From Spirochaetia bacterium (lineage in GTDB: Bacteria > Spirochaetota > Spirochaetia > SZUA-6 > Bin103), in NCBI GenBank assembly GCA_965203905.1, contig CBDBDQ010000003.1, positions 31,707 through 95,706 of the forward strand: a stretch of 64,000 bases of DNA, in the 5' to 3' direction. The notes under the pieces are model-generated. The model was not told the origin of the DNA. It searched no databases and saw only the letters and a program-made list of their open reading frames with translations. Positions 9,573 through 19,283 of this stretch are shown piece after piece. Within the stretch, counting starts at the first letter, position 1, and each line of letters opens with the position of its first letter. The translations under genes were made by a program, and so were the position numbers.

Positions 9573-10313
9573 GTGGGTCGCCGCAGTCGTCGGCGCGGTG
9601 CTGCTGGTGCTGACGTTCGTCCTGCGCGGCTACTCGTACCGGACTCGTACCTGGCGCTTATGTACCCTGTGCCGACGGTCGTGGTGGTGGCGCTGCTGGT
9701 TTGCGCGTTGGTGGCCGGCGTCGCGCTGGCACTGTTGCCGCTGGCGTTGCTGGTCTCGGCGTGGTTGTGGTGGTGGATTGAATCGGGAGCACGGAAGGCG
9801 CGGTCCGCGAAGCCGTATCGCACGGCGGGCGATACGGGGGAACACACACATAGGAGCAGAGCATTGACTCTCGCAGAACTCATCGAAAAGGCAAAGGCGC
9901 AAGGCATCGAAGTCATGGAGCGCCTCGCATCGGTACCCAAGTCCACAACCACCAACGAGACCCCCAAGCCGAGCACATGGGAGTATCTCATCGACTCCCT
10001 GGTGCAAGCAGGGGAAGGGAGCTACATCCACCTCACCGAAGCAATCTCCATCATGAAGGCACGCGGCTGGGTCACGAAGTCCAAGTCGGAGAACGGAACC
10101 TACCGCACGGTCCACTCGTCTACCTACAAGGCATGCAAGGATTCCCGCAAGGGGTACATCGCCCAGGCAGACCTGTGGGTCGATCGCACCAAGGCGAAGG
10201 ATGGACTGTACGCACTGCTTCCGGGCATCTCGGAGGAGCTGCAGGCCAAGCACTCCGCTTGGATCGAAGGCAAGGAGTGGGAGCAGAACGACGAGCAGTA
10301 TGCTGAAGAGTAG
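9573..10313 (+). CDS. Membrane-anchored protein with a C-terminal winged-helix (HARE-HTH-like) domain; its 5' region looks like a frameshifted remnant of a larger membrane gene
   Basis: TM segments VVVVALLVCALVAGVALALLPLALLVSAWLWWW. C-terminal WEYLIDSLVQAGEGSYIHLTEAISIMKARGWVTKS...TVHSSTYKA...DGLYALLP. The upstream frame (9540-9650) encodes AVVGAVLLVLTFV, sharing a 23-nt identity with 46974-46996. Confidence 0.45.
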   Translation: MGRRSRRRGAAGADVRPARLLVPDSYLALMYPVPTVVVVALLVCALVAGVALALLPLALLVSAWLWWWIESGARKARSAKPYRTAGDTGEHTHRSRALTLAELIEKAKAQGIEVMERLASVPKSTTTNETPKPSTWEYLIDSLVQAGEGSYIHLTEAISIMKARGWVTKSKSENGTYRTVHSSTYKACKDSRKGYIAQADLWVDRTKAKDGLYALLPGISEELQAKHSAWIEGKEWEQNDEQYAEE

Positions 10314-10540
10314 GCAATGACCTTCTCATTCGCGAAGCAGGCCAAGCGCAAATCCCAGCGCTGCGGCAGCATGGCCACGATCGTCACGAGCAGCCGCTGC
10401 AGCTTCGTCAACTGCGCCATCTGCGGCCGCCACCGTGTCCACCCGGACGCGCCGAGGAGCAGTCTGCGCTCGGCGCAGCGGATGGGGCTCACTGACTGTG
10501 GCGCTCCGTTCGGCAGCGGCATCCAGGTGACGGCAGGTGG

Positions 10541-11461
10541 TCATGTGCTGGTGGCTAAGCCCGAGCCGCGAAGTATACGGACGATTGTTTCCTGATTGAC
10601 GCGCCTTACGGCTCGCTGAAAGGGTGGCCGTTTGATACCAGACCGTCGCTCAAGATAGCGTCCCAGCTCATCTTTGTAGGCTACCTGTTGCCGAAACGCT
10701 CTATAGTCGACGAGCCGCGCATACCACATCCCGGATGCACTCGGATCCCGTTCTATCCGACCCACTCGTCCGGTACCGAAGTAGTAGGATGGAGAACCTG
10801 AACGGTAGTAGATGAAGGAGTCGCCGCTACTGATCTGCGAACGATAGATATCAGGGAAATGGTAGTGACGGCCTACTTGGTCGTCATAAGCAGAGTCGTG
10901 ATTCTGAGTGAGAACCACCGCCCTGGTTGGCAGGGCCGCCAAGCCAGGCTCCATCTTGCGTCCCGGTACTGCGCCGCGGCACACCGGAATGACGGCAGGT
11001 TGCCCGCTGGCTTCGTGTACCGTCAGAGGCTGGTACGCGAACAGCCCGTGACGGCTTCGCGACCAGTTGATCGGCAGAGCATGCGAAGGGTCTCTCTCAC
11101 CGGCCCGCTTGCGAAGGTAGATCGCCGACTTGACAGCGATGTGCTTTTCGCGTTCTGAGCGGCTGTTGGATCTCCAGCCATGGTACTCCATGATCGCGGT
11201 GGCATCCTTGACCGTGACGAAGATGCCAGCGCCGACCACACGTAGGGCGGCGGCAAACGCCTCGGCGGTCGTGGGCCTCCGCTCGGATTGCTGCTCCTGC
11301 TTTTGGCGGCGGGCGGTGATCTCGTTGAGCCTCTCTGCACCACCCAGCTTGGCGGCGGCGATCAGTTCGTCGAGGGACAAAGAAGCGGTAGCCGTTTCAT
11401 CGGCGTGGTTGTGGTCTCGATCAGCCATGGGCGTCTGTGAGCTTGCAGTAGGAACGCTCAT
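10541..11461 (-). CDS. Winged-helix (HARE-HTH-like) domain plus a C-terminal beta-rich domain of the kind I recall fused to HNH nucleases (possible PUA/SRA-like DNA reader)
   Basis: Central TAEAFAAALRVVGAGIFVTVKDATAIMEYHGWRSNS...VKSAIYLRK...RHGLFAYQP, paralogous to 9573..10313 and 47257..47670. C-terminal YDDQVGRHYHFPDIYRSQISSGDSFIYYRSG...GTGRVGRIERDP...WYARLVDYRAF. ATG at 11461 follows an AT-rich stretch. Confidence 0.55.
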   Translation of the reverse strand: MSVPTASSQTPMADRDHNHADETATASLSLDELIAAAKLGGAERLNEITARRQKQEQQSERRPTTAEAFAAALRVVGAGIFVTVKDATAIMEYHGWRSNSRSEREKHIAVKSAIYLRKRAGERDPSHALPINWSRSRHGLFAYQPLTVHEASGQPAVIPVCRGAVPGRKMEPGLAALPTRAVVLTQNHDSAYDDQVGRHYHFPDIYRSQISSGDSFIYYRSGSPSYYFGTGRVGRIERDPSASGMWYARLVDYRAFRQQVAYKDELGRYLERRSGIKRPPFQRAVRRVNQETIVRILRGSGLATST

Positions 11462-11902
11462 GATAAAATTGTCGGCGCGCTGTTGAGACCGGATTATGTC
11501 CAAAGCCCCGGCCCCAGGAAGGTCCGGAGTTAGGGGCCACCCCCCGGAGTCGGAGGCGATCTGCTGTGGATGCAGGAGCACGGACTCTCCTGGTCTTGGA
11601 AGAGGACGGACGACAGTCGGCCCGCTAGTGCATTCTGTGTGCTACTGTGTGCGTGGCCTGCGTGGCCGGGCTTGCTGGCGAAACCGGTACGAGGTACCGT
11701 ACTACGGCCTGGAGCAACCTCTGGCAGACAACCCGCGCGCGAGGTGTGCCGGCGGCCAACGCCGTGCGCCACTTGGGCGGTTTCCAGCCGCGCGCTGGCG
11801 GACCGGGTAAAAGGCAGTGCAAGATACACTGGCTAAGAGAGATTCCGGACGCCACGACTGACTACAACCCCAGGCGTTCGGCCGAGGTCAGGAGATAACC
11901 AC

Positions 11903-12736
11903 GTGCAGAGACACATCGCCCTGGTGACGCTCGTGCTGGCGGTTGCATCGGTGGCGGCGCCGCAGAGCAAGAACGACTTCGAGTACTGGGACGCAAACAG
12001 CAACGGCGACTTGACGTGCGCCGAGGCGGAAGGGCGCGACGAAGGACTCCGACTGCCTGCGTATCAGGACAACCGGGACAGAACCGGAACGATCTTCGAA
12101 TGGCTGGAGCGGAAGCGGAGCAGCGACACGGACCGCGACGGCATGGCCTGCGACAGCAGTGCCAACCCGAACGGCTACATCCCGGGCAGCAGTACCACGA
12201 TCACGTCGGAAACAGCATCGGACAAGTGCGATGCGGCCGAGACGTGGATGGGGCTTCTGGTCTGCGCCGAGCCTGCGCGGCGCACCGGCTACAGTCGCGA
12301 TGCCTACGGTAGCGCGTATGGACGGCTTGAAGACGAGATCGTTGCTGGGCTGCCGCAGGTCGGAGGCAAGGTCTATACGCCCTACACGTGTACGCCGTTC
12401 GACATCGAAGCAGACGGAACCGCGGCGACCGACATCGAACACATCGTCGCGTTGGCTGAAGCGCACGACTCGGGCATTACGGCTGGAGATCGGCGCGCAC
12501 TCGCGTCCGACCCGCTCAACCTGACCATAGCGGTCCCGAGCGTGAACCAGAACGAGAAGGGCGACAGGGATGCAGGCGAATGGGGGCCGCTGGAGAATCG
12601 GGGCTGGTACGCAGCGCAGGTGGTTGCAGTAAAGCGGAAGTACGGCCTTACGGTAGACCCCGCTGAACGGGATGCTCTGGCACAGATGCTAAGGAACGAC
12701 GCTAGCCGAACCGTGACATGCTTGCAAGAAACGTAG
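11903..12736 (+). CDS. Secreted nuclease: Excalibur-like Ca-binding motif plus a DUF1524/HNH-type domain
   Basis: Signal peptide MQRHIALVTLVLAVASVAAP. SDTDRDGMACD (Excalibur-like). DIEHIVALAEAHDSG...DPLNLTIAVPSVNQNEKGDRDAGEW matches the actinobacterial DUF1524 pattern (IDHVVAL...DPLNL...N..KGD.D...W). Confidence 0.75.
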   Translation: MQRHIALVTLVLAVASVAAPQSKNDFEYWDANSNGDLTCAEAEGRDEGLRLPAYQDNRDRTGTIFEWLERKRSSDTDRDGMACDSSANPNGYIPGSSTTITSETASDKCDAAETWMGLLVCAEPARRTGYSRDAYGSAYGRLEDEIVAGLPQVGGKVYTPYTCTPFDIEADGTAATDIEHIVALAEAHDSGITAGDRRALASDPLNLTIAVPSVNQNEKGDRDAGEWGPLENRGWYAAQVVAVKRKYGLTVDPAERDALAQMLRNDASRTVTCLQET

Positions 12737-13116
12737 GATAATGCAACTCTTATACACGCTGGCACGATGGCCACGGCACAGACCGGGAGTGGCGGCCGGC
12801 TGGGGTTTGATTCATGCTTCCAGGGAGATAGATGGCAGCCACATCATGAGGATGCGAATGCAGCATGGCGTCGACGAAAACGACGAGTGCGAGCTGACCT
12901 TATTCAGCGGCGGCCGAATTGGACCCGCGAAGAGCGTTCAGCGAGAACGTGCGCGGCTGCTTCGCCTCGCTCTCCCGCACTGACCACACCATCCTGGATG
13001 TCGGTGCGCCGGAGCGCATCCGTAGCGCGCTATGCCACCGGGTAGATGTCGGCCACCTTCTCCCGGGCCGGTGAGCCGCGTGGCAGGATTGCATACCGAC
13101 CCCGGCGGCAGCCCCG

Positions 13117-13260
13117 TTACCCGTACACGAGCCCGATGCCGGCGCAGCTGGTAGCAGTAGCTCCACGGCCGCGCTGACATAGGGCTCCTAGTGTGGCTGT
13201 GGCAGATTCGGCAGCGGCGGCCGCCAGCAGCAGGGCGACCGTTTTGCGGTTGCCGCGCAT
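13117..13260 (-). CDS. Small signal-peptide-like ORF (47 aa)
   Basis: MRGNRKTVALLLAAAAAESATATLGALCQRGRGATATSCAGIGLVYG. Lies downstream of leader copy 2. Weak support. Confidence 0.2.
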   Translation of the reverse strand: MRGNRKTVALLLAAAAAESATATLGALCQRGRGATATSCAGIGLVYG

Positions 13261-13269
13261 CACAGGTTG

Positions 13270-13386
13270 CTACGGCCGCGGAGATACCGACGGGCGAACC
13301 AGCTTCTGGCGGTGCTGCGGCGTGACTGCTCCGCACGGCACGGCGATGACCGCGAAGGTCTCGGCGACGGGGATCTGATGAAGCAT
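13270..13386 (-). CDS. Small ORF (38 aa) directly after conserved leader copy 2
   Basis: AGGAGGTGG lies 5 nt before the ATG. MLHQIPVAETFAVIAVPCGAVTPQHRQKLVRPSVSPRP. No homolog recognised. Confidence 0.2.
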   Translation of the reverse strand: MLHQIPVAETFAVIAVPCGAVTPQHRQKLVRPSVSPRP

Positions 13387-13430
13387 GGCTTCCACCTCCT
13401 GTAGTCAGCCCTGACCGAAAGGAGTGGAGT

Positions 13431-13527
13431 CGGGCCGTGTTGACAGTGATCCACCGCGTGCTCAGCACAAGATGAGGTTCCTGGCTATTCGCTCCGAAGT
13501 CGGGTAGCTATTCCCGGCCCCACGTGG
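13431..13527 (-). promoter_or_regulatory. Conserved ~100-nt leader element, copy 2
   Basis: Aligns at roughly 70 percent identity with 17548..17655. Shared blocks read on the minus strand: CCACGTGG, GGGAnTAGCTACCC, CGGAGyGAATA, GTGCTGAGCACG, ACGGCCCG. Confidence 0.45.
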
Positions 13528-13550
13528 AACTACCGCGCGGATGCGGCCAC

Positions 13551-14348
13551 TCATTCACACCCCGGAATGCGGGCGGTCAAGTCGCAGCCGCGCACGTGGG
13601 TCAGGTCCGCTTCCTCAAGGTCCGCCTCCCACAAGTTGGCGGCTTGCAGGTTCGCATCTGCCAACTTGGCATCGGCAAGCACAGCACCGCCGCTCAGGTT
13701 GGCGCCGGACAGGTCGGCGCCGGTCAGGTCCGCACCGGCCAGCTCCGCGCCGGACAGGTCGGCGCTAGTCAGGCTGGCACCGGCCAGATTGGCACTGGTC
13801 AAGTCGGCGGTCCGGAGATTGGCGGCGTGCAGGTGTGCACCGAGCAGCTTGGCGGCGGGTAGGTCAGCAAAGGCCAGGATTGCGCCGCCCAGCATTGCGC
13901 CGCGCAGGTCCGCTTCGGTCAGGTTCACGCCGAAAAGGAGCGTATAGGCGAGCTCGGCGCCGCGCAGGTCGGCGCTGGTCAGGTCGGCATGGGCTAGGGT
14001 TGCGGCGAACAGCTTGGCTTCGCGCAAGTTCGCGTTGGTCAGGTCAGCGCCGACCAGGGTTGCGCCGCGCAGGTTAGCGGCTTGCAGGTTAGCGCCGCGT
14101 AAGTTAGCACCGACCAGGGTTGCACCGATCAGGACAGCATTGCGCAGGTCGGCGCCGCGTAGGTCAGCCTCCCACAGCTGCGCACCGGCCAGCTCCGCGC
14201 CGGCGCAGTCCGGCATGCATTCCGGCAGGGCGCCTGCGTCAGCCGCGATCGCCGCTAGGAAGGCAATGGCGAGCAGGCGCAGGCGCGCGCATTGGTCGAG
14301 CGGTGGCGTTCGCTGGCGGGCGCACCAGCACGGCCCCGCCACCGTCAC
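13551..14348 (-). CDS. Pentapeptide-repeat protein with an N-terminal signal sequence
   Basis: About 40 consecutive A(D/N)LxG-type pentapeptides (ADLRGADLRNAVLIGATLVGANLRGANLQAANL...). The GTG start overlaps the stop of the upstream small ORF (GTGA). Confidence 0.85.
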   Translation of the reverse strand: MTVAGPCWCARQRTPPLDQCARLRLLAIAFLAAIAADAGALPECMPDCAGAELAGAQLWEADLRGADLRNAVLIGATLVGANLRGANLQAANLRGATLVGADLTNANLREAKLFAATLAHADLTSADLRGAELAYTLLFGVNLTEADLRGAMLGGAILAFADLPAAKLLGAHLHAANLRTADLTSANLAGASLTSADLSGAELAGADLTGADLSGANLSGGAVLADAKLADANLQAANLWEADLEEADLTHVRGCDLTARIPGCE

Positions 14349-14512
14349 GGCGTCTCCTGTGGTTCTGGCCGGCTGGAAGCGGCCGCCGGGGGACCGGCGC
14401 GGCGCACCTCGGCTACCTCACTGCGGATGAACAGCAGTAGCGGCACCAGCATTTCGACCGGGCCAAGCAGGCCAACGGCGGCGCCGACGATGGCGACGGC
14501 TTTCGTGCTCAT
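14345..14512 (-). CDS. Small single-pass membrane protein (55 aa), translationally coupled to the pentapeptide-repeat gene
   Basis: MSTKAVAIVGAAVGLLGPVEMLVPLLLFIRSE... Its stop TGA overlaps the GTG at 14346-14348. Confidence 0.4.
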   Translation of the reverse strand: MSTKAVAIVGAAVGLLGPVEMLVPLLLFIRSEVAEVRRAGPPAAASSRPEPQETP

Positions 14513-14528
14513 GGCTGGCGCCCACCGA

Positions 14529-14728
14529 TCATTCGTCAGCCTCCCAGCAGCCGGTCAGCCGTCGGGTAGCGTCGCAGCCCACCACGCCGGTCAAGTTCGC
14601 GCCGCGTAGGTCAGCCGTGGCGAGATTGGCAAGGGTAACGAACGCCGCCTGTAAGGAACGCCGCTCAGGTCGGCGCCCCCGAGATTGGCGAACGCCCAAG
14701 CCATGTCCGTACGTTCGTTCTCCGCCAT
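14529..14728 (-). pseudogene. Short pentapeptide-repeat protein interrupted by a frameshift
   Basis: MAENERTDMAWAFANLGGADLSG in one frame, then (R)SLQAAFVTLANLATADLRGANLTGVVGCDATRRLTGCWEADE in another. Confidence 0.4.
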
Positions 14729-14738
14729 CCGATCACGT

Positions 14739-17516
14739 TCAACGCAGGTCGGCCGATCCTCGGTAGATACCATGAATCACCTCGTAGGTTGCCGGGTCGT
14801 ACGCCTTGAGTTCGTCGGCGCAGTGCAGATCGGGTTGTGTGCCGCCAGCGCTGCCGACGCAGAAATAGATTGCCGACATCTCGGCAAAGAACTCCGCATC
14901 ATTGGTCATAGCATAACCGCTCCAAAGGTTCGCTATGTACGGTTTCTCGAAGTGCTCTTCGATATCCCACTGTTTTTCGTGGAGTTTGCCCCAGACCCCG
15001 TGGGCCATCTCGTGAACGCAGACGGCAAAGTCGTCTTCCGGGCACAGGATGATGTAGCTGGCTATCCCCCTTGGCGGAAAGAAGACCGCATCGCAGTCGA
15101 GCCCGAGCACGTCGGCGTAAGTGTCAGGGAAGTCGTTGCAAAGATCTTCGGAGGAACCGTACAGAACGGCAAAAGGAGGTGCATATTGCTGTTCGTTAAG
15201 CGGCAACGCTGTGTCCGGGAGCGAGCTGAGGGCGCGCGCGAGGTCTGGGCGGTGTTGCAGCATTGTGGAGGATGCAAGACTTACCCTGTCGAGTCCGGCC
15301 TGTGAGACCGCGTTGTTGCTGGTAGCACAGAGCGTGCCAGTGGCGGACACCCTATCAAGCAGCGGGTATCGCGTGGGGTAGGGGCAGCGTGGATCGCGGT
15401 TCTGTGGGCGATTATCATTGTAAATGCCGATCTCGAAATAATACGGCTCGCCTACGGTGTAGCCGGAGCTGCTGAACACGCGCACGCCTACGGCGGAGTT
15501 CCCGATGGCGTCGTGAATCGTGATCCGCACCGGCGCCGATGTTGCTCCTTTGGGAACCGATATGGACGAAGGGTGGCTGTAGACATCAAATCCTGGATCA
15601 CCGAGATTAATCGTGAGCGGCTGTGGCGCTGGAATCGACAGGAGAAGCAGAGCCTCGACCGTTCCTACGGTGTCCCAGACATCCACTCCTGCGCGACCCC
15701 AGTGATTCGTCTGGGCTGACGAGAACGACACCACAGGTAGCGGGGCGCACGTTTCTGGGATGACACCTATCGTATTGCCGTTTTCGTCAGCGCTGCTTCG
15801 GCAGCCACAGAAAGTCGGATCTGAGCGCAGGGCTTCCTCGCATGATGCGTACCGCTTTTTAATATAGATGATAACCAGGACATGGTTGTACTGAGGGTTC
15901 TCTCTGGTGGAGGCCGTGTAGCCGCTGACTTCATATCCTTCCCCAGGCACCAAAAGAACGTTGGTGCCGATGACCTCACCAGCAGGAATTTTGGTGCCGG
16001 CGAGCGTCCTAGCAGAAGCAGGATAGTAGTCTATGAGTGGTACCACGATAGTGGCACTCGAAGCGCCAGCGGGCACCGTCACCGAACTCTTCAGTACTTC
16101 TTGCTCTGGGTGATACGGCGTCGAAAACTCGATCGAAAGAGTCTGCGTGGCAGGCTTCGACAGGTTGATGAGCACGTCCACCGACTCCTCCGCCCCGAGG
16201 ACGTGATCCACCCGTGTCTCGGGCTTTGCGAACGACACAACAGGCAGCGCGGCGTCATTGTCAAACACCGTCACGCTGGCCGAACTCGGAGAGCCGATCG
16301 TGTAGCCCGTGCCGGGCCAGATATCCGCCCTCACCGATCCGTCCGGACGGTCCACGTCATCGTCGATGGTGGCGACCCTCCAGACGGCCGAAGACGTGTT
16401 CGCCGCGATGGTCAGAGTCTCTATGCCCCGACGCTCCGGGTCGACCAAGGTGACATCACCCACAGTGGTCAGTTGTATCGCTAGCGCGCTGGCGGGCGCT
16501 GGTGTTGCATGTACCGTGAATGCTGCTAAGCCGCCTTCGGTTACCGCAGCGCCGCCCGTGATGCTCACCACAACAGGCGCGGTTGGCGCGGCGTCATTGT
16601 CGGCCACCGTTACGCTGGTCGAGCTCGGAGAGCCGACCGTGTAGCCCGTGCCGTGGCGGAGGGCCGCCGTCAACGATCCGTCCGGCTCGTCTACGTCATC
16701 GTCGATGGTGACGACCCTCCAGACGGCCGAAGACGTGTTCGCCGCGATAGTCAGAGTCTGTGCGCCACGACTCGCCGCAGCGATAAAGGCTCCACTCTGG
16801 GCGATGTTCAGTTGTATCGCCAGCGCAGTGGCCGGCGTGGGCGTTGATTGTACCGTGAAAGTTGCTGTGCCACCTTCGGTTACCGCGGGCCCGCCCGTGA
16901 TGCTTAGCACTGGTAAAGACGGCGGCGGCGGTGGTGTTCGGTCGTTGATGGCCACCGTAACCGAGGACGGGCTCCCAGCCGTCACCTCCGGCGGCAGGTT
17001 GCCCAACGCAATCGAAAAGGTCTCGTCGTCCGTGTCGGCATCGTCCATCGTCGTAATACGCCCGCTGCCGGTAAGACTGTTGGCGGGAATGGTGATGCGC
17101 GCCAGCCGACCGTAGTCGTCGGGCTCAGCGGTGCCTGGTGTCAGCGTCAGCGGGACAGTCACCGAGCTGTTCAGCGTCCGTGACAGTGTTGCCCGCACCG
17201 TGACCGGGTCACCCTCGTTCACAGGGTTCGGGGTTGCCGCCAGACTCACCGTCGGCGGTGTTTGCGGGCCGGTCTCGCCGGGCGGCCCCGGCTCGCCTTG
17301 CGGCCCGGCCGGACCCTCTGGCCCCTGCGGCCCGGTTTCCCCTGGCGGTCCTTGCTCCCCCGGTTCGCCTTGCGGCCCAGCCGGCCCGGTCTCTCCGGGC
17401 GCTCCGTCTTCTCCAGCCGGTCCGGGCGGCCCTGGCGGGCCGATCATCCAATCGCACCCCCCCAAAGCTATAACCAAGATCAGTCCGAGGACGGTTCGGC
17501 GCGCGGCGTGTACCAT
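14739..17516 (-). CDS. Large lipoprotein: collagen-like GXY tract, tandem Calx-beta-like repeats and a C-terminal HExxH metalloprotease-like domain
   Basis: 925 aa. Lipobox LGGC. About 27 GXY triplets ([37 protein letters not shown]...). Two near-identical ~110-aa repeats (SITGG.AVTEGG.A.FTV...[26 protein letters not shown]). C-terminal HEMAHGVWG plus downstream [11 protein letters not shown] (gluzincin-like). Confidence 0.85.
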   Translation of the reverse strand: MVHAARRTVLGLILVIALGGCDWMIGPPGPPGPAGEDGAPGETGPAGPQGEPGEQGPPGETGPQGPEGPAGPQGEPGPPGETGPQTPPTVSLAATPNPVNEGDPVTVRATLSRTLNSSVTVPLTLTPGTAEPDDYGRLARITIPANSLTGSGRITTMDDADTDDETFSIALGNLPPEVTAGSPSSVTVAINDRTPPPPPSLPVLSITGGPAVTEGGTATFTVQSTPTPATALAIQLNIAQSGAFIAAASRGAQTLTIAANTSSAVWRVVTIDDDVDEPDGSLTAALRHGTGYTVGSPSSTSVTVADNDAAPTAPVVVSITGGAAVTEGGLAAFTVHATPAPASALAIQLTTVGDVTLVDPERRGIETLTIAANTSSAVWRVATIDDDVDRPDGSVRADIWPGTGYTIGSPSSASVTVFDNDAALPVVSFAKPETRVDHVLGAEESVDVLINLSKPATQTLSIEFSTPYHPEQEVLKSSVTVPAGASSATIVVPLIDYYPASARTLAGTKIPAGEVIGTNVLLVPGEGYEVSGYTASTRENPQYNHVLVIIYIKKRYASCEEALRSDPTFCGCRSSADENGNTIGVIPETCAPLPVVSFSSAQTNHWGRAGVDVWDTVGTVEALLLLSIPAPQPLTINLGDPGFDVYSHPSSISVPKGATSAPVRITIHDAIGNSAVGVRVFSSSGYTVGEPYYFEIGIYNDNRPQNRDPRCPYPTRYPLLDRVSATGTLCATSNNAVSQAGLDRVSLASSTMLQHRPDLARALSSLPDTALPLNEQQYAPPFAVLYGSSEDLCNDFPDTYADVLGLDCDAVFFPPRGIASYIILCPEDDFAVCVHEMAHGVWGKLHEKQWDIEEHFEKPYIANLWSGYAMTNDAEFFAEMSAIYFCVGSAGGTQPDLHCADELKAYDPATYEVIHGIYRGSADLR

Positions 17517-17547
17517 CTGCTTCCTCCCGGCCGGAGCCGGAAGGCGC

Positions 17548-17655
17548 CGGGCCGTTTCGAGAGCAGTTCACCACGTGCTCAGCACACAGAGGATTCCTGT
17601 TGGTTCTCTGGCATATTCACTCCGGGATTGGGTAGCTACTCCCGCTCCCACGTGG
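17548..17655 (-). promoter_or_regulatory. Conserved ~100-nt leader element, copy 1 (5' of the 925-aa lipoprotein gene)
   Basis: Located 30-140 nt upstream of the ATG at 17516 (RBS GGGAGGAAG). Homologous to 13431..13527. Contains mutually complementary ends CCACGTG / CACGTGG and a conserved GTGC-TGA-GCAC hairpin. Confidence 0.45.
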
Positions 17656-18353
17656 AGCTGTTGTATTCCACCAGCGACCCGGCATGAACCGAGACGTGAT
17701 GAACTACTCTCGTGGGCGTCATTGTATGCACAAGGTGCAGGCAGTCAACCAAACCTTGGGCCGTGAGATGCGGGAGATACGCAGCGGGCTGCCAGTCCTG
17801 GGGAGGCTTCGAGCGCTTCGCCTACGTCAGCGACCTGCGAACGCTGCAGGCTGAGTTAGCCGAGCTGAAGCGCGCTTCGGGCGAGTAGCGCCAGGGCGAG
17901 ATTTGCTGGGCCGGTCCCACGGTGTTGGATAGATGCTGAGCCACCTCCAGCGACAGCCGTTCCGCCGGAGCGACAGGTAAACCGCCACGCCGGGCCCATG
18001 GCGCTGTTGTTGATTGAGAGTCCCCAATCGACCGACGGGACCGCGGAGGCCCGCGAGAAGAGCTGCGTTGCCGGTGCCGGCCGGTCGCTGCGCCTGCACC
18101 ACGCTGGCGCCATCGTGCGTCACGGTGGGTACGTGACCCGTCGGGCCGGTCATCCTCGTGATTGTCCAGGGCGGCGCTCAGGAGACGACCGTCTACGGCA
18201 AGCGCCACCGAGTGGTAAGCGACAAGCTGCTGATCAAGCTGCAGGCGGGCGAAGATACGGGTGCCATGGCCCTGATGCCGCGCGACGGTGAAATGGCCCG
18301 GCTGGCGGAACGCCAGTCATGGGTCGACGCGGCGTGCCTGGAGGTTACCAGCA

Positions 18354-19070
18354 TCAGATAGCCCGCGCGCGGGCTTTCCTCAAAGGCAACGTCACGGCGC
18401 CGCGCCGGTAGCCTTTCGGGACGCTCTCGATGGATGCCTGCAGCCGTACCCTAAGCGGCTCGGTGCTGCGCCAATCGAAGGGTGTCCCTTGATCGGTCAC
18501 GAAGTCCGACATCGGGATTCTGAACCGATATCCCGCACGAAGACGCTCCAGGTAGCGCGGATACCGATAGCGCCCGTTTAGTACGATCCTGATGGAGAAC
18601 CAGGCATAGCGGTCGCGGTTCGTGACGAGTAGGTTGCCTTGGCGATCAGTGGCCACTTCGGCGGTCAACGGCTTGGGAGTGCGGCGACGCCGGTAGACTC
18701 TCCGAACCAAGAAGCCGAGCCCCGCGCGAGGGTTCTTCGGGTCGAACATGACGTTCTGACTGCGGCTGTGCATGTGGTCAGGCCGCCCCTTGGACACTTC
18801 CTTCAGGGCTTCACGATCCTGTTCGGAGATGGCTATCCACCGCTTGCCGTTCCACTGTTCCCACCCCCGGCCGAGGCCATCTGGCTCCAGGATATCGCCG
18901 AGCGTGGGGACCAGCACATGCCATGTTCGGTGGCTATGCAGCGTCCCGACACTCGGACCGTAGCGACCGCTTACGGTGCGGAGCGAGATCCCGCGTACCA
19001 GGTCACCGTCGATCGCGGCGCGAGAGGGGTGAGAGCAGACCTTACAGCGGCGGGCCACTTCGGAAACCAT
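18354..19070 (-). CDS. Zn-ribbon/HTH DNA-binding protein (phage-like)
   Basis: MVSEVARRCKVCSHPSRAAIDGDLVRGISLRTVSGRYGPSVGTLHSHRTWH (C..C...HTH...H..H pattern common in phage regulators and small terminases). The longer ORF to 19406 overlaps the next gene and was trimmed. Confidence 0.45.
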   Translation of the reverse strand: MVSEVARRCKVCSHPSRAAIDGDLVRGISLRTVSGRYGPSVGTLHSHRTWHVLVPTLGDILEPDGLGRGWEQWNGKRWIAISEQDREALKEVSKGRPDHMHSRSQNVMFDPKNPRAGLGFLVRRVYRRRRTPKPLTAEVATDRQGNLLVTNRDRYAWFSIRIVLNGRYRYPRYLERLRAGYRFRIPMSDFVTDQGTPFDWRSTEPLRVRLQASIESVPKGYRRGAVTLPLRKARARAI

Positions 19071-19283
19071 AGTACCGCCCCTGGATCGACGCACCAAGTG
19101 AGCGGTCCGATGCGCGTCAGTTTGAAACCAGAGCCTGGGTAGTAGCCCCCTCCATCGAGCGGCATCGCTCTTCCAGCGAGCGCCGTTGGCGACCAGCCTG
19201 AGGCGACCGAGACGCCGATCGTGGTGGCGAGGGATAGTCGTGCCCGTAAAGGCAGCACTCCCTGTCCCCGATATTCGAGGGAC

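Noticed and set aside
13551-14348. Possible CRISPR array or other spaced DNA repeats in the highly periodic 13.5-14.3 kb region, and at 54757-54889
   Set aside because: The periodicity is 15 nt, coding pentapeptide repeats in an open frame. The 42-bp units at 54.8 kb are contiguous, with no spacers, and in-frame. No cas genes are present, and no repeat-spacer architecture exists anywhere in the window.
17548-17655. Assignment of the conserved leader to the yybP-ykoY (Mn2+) riboswitch because of GGGAGTAGC and CCAGAGAACC-like strings
   Set aside because: The element is too short. It lacks the four-helix arrangement and the second conserved loop as I remember them. The downstream genes are not metal transporters. 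The resemblance is probably coincidental.
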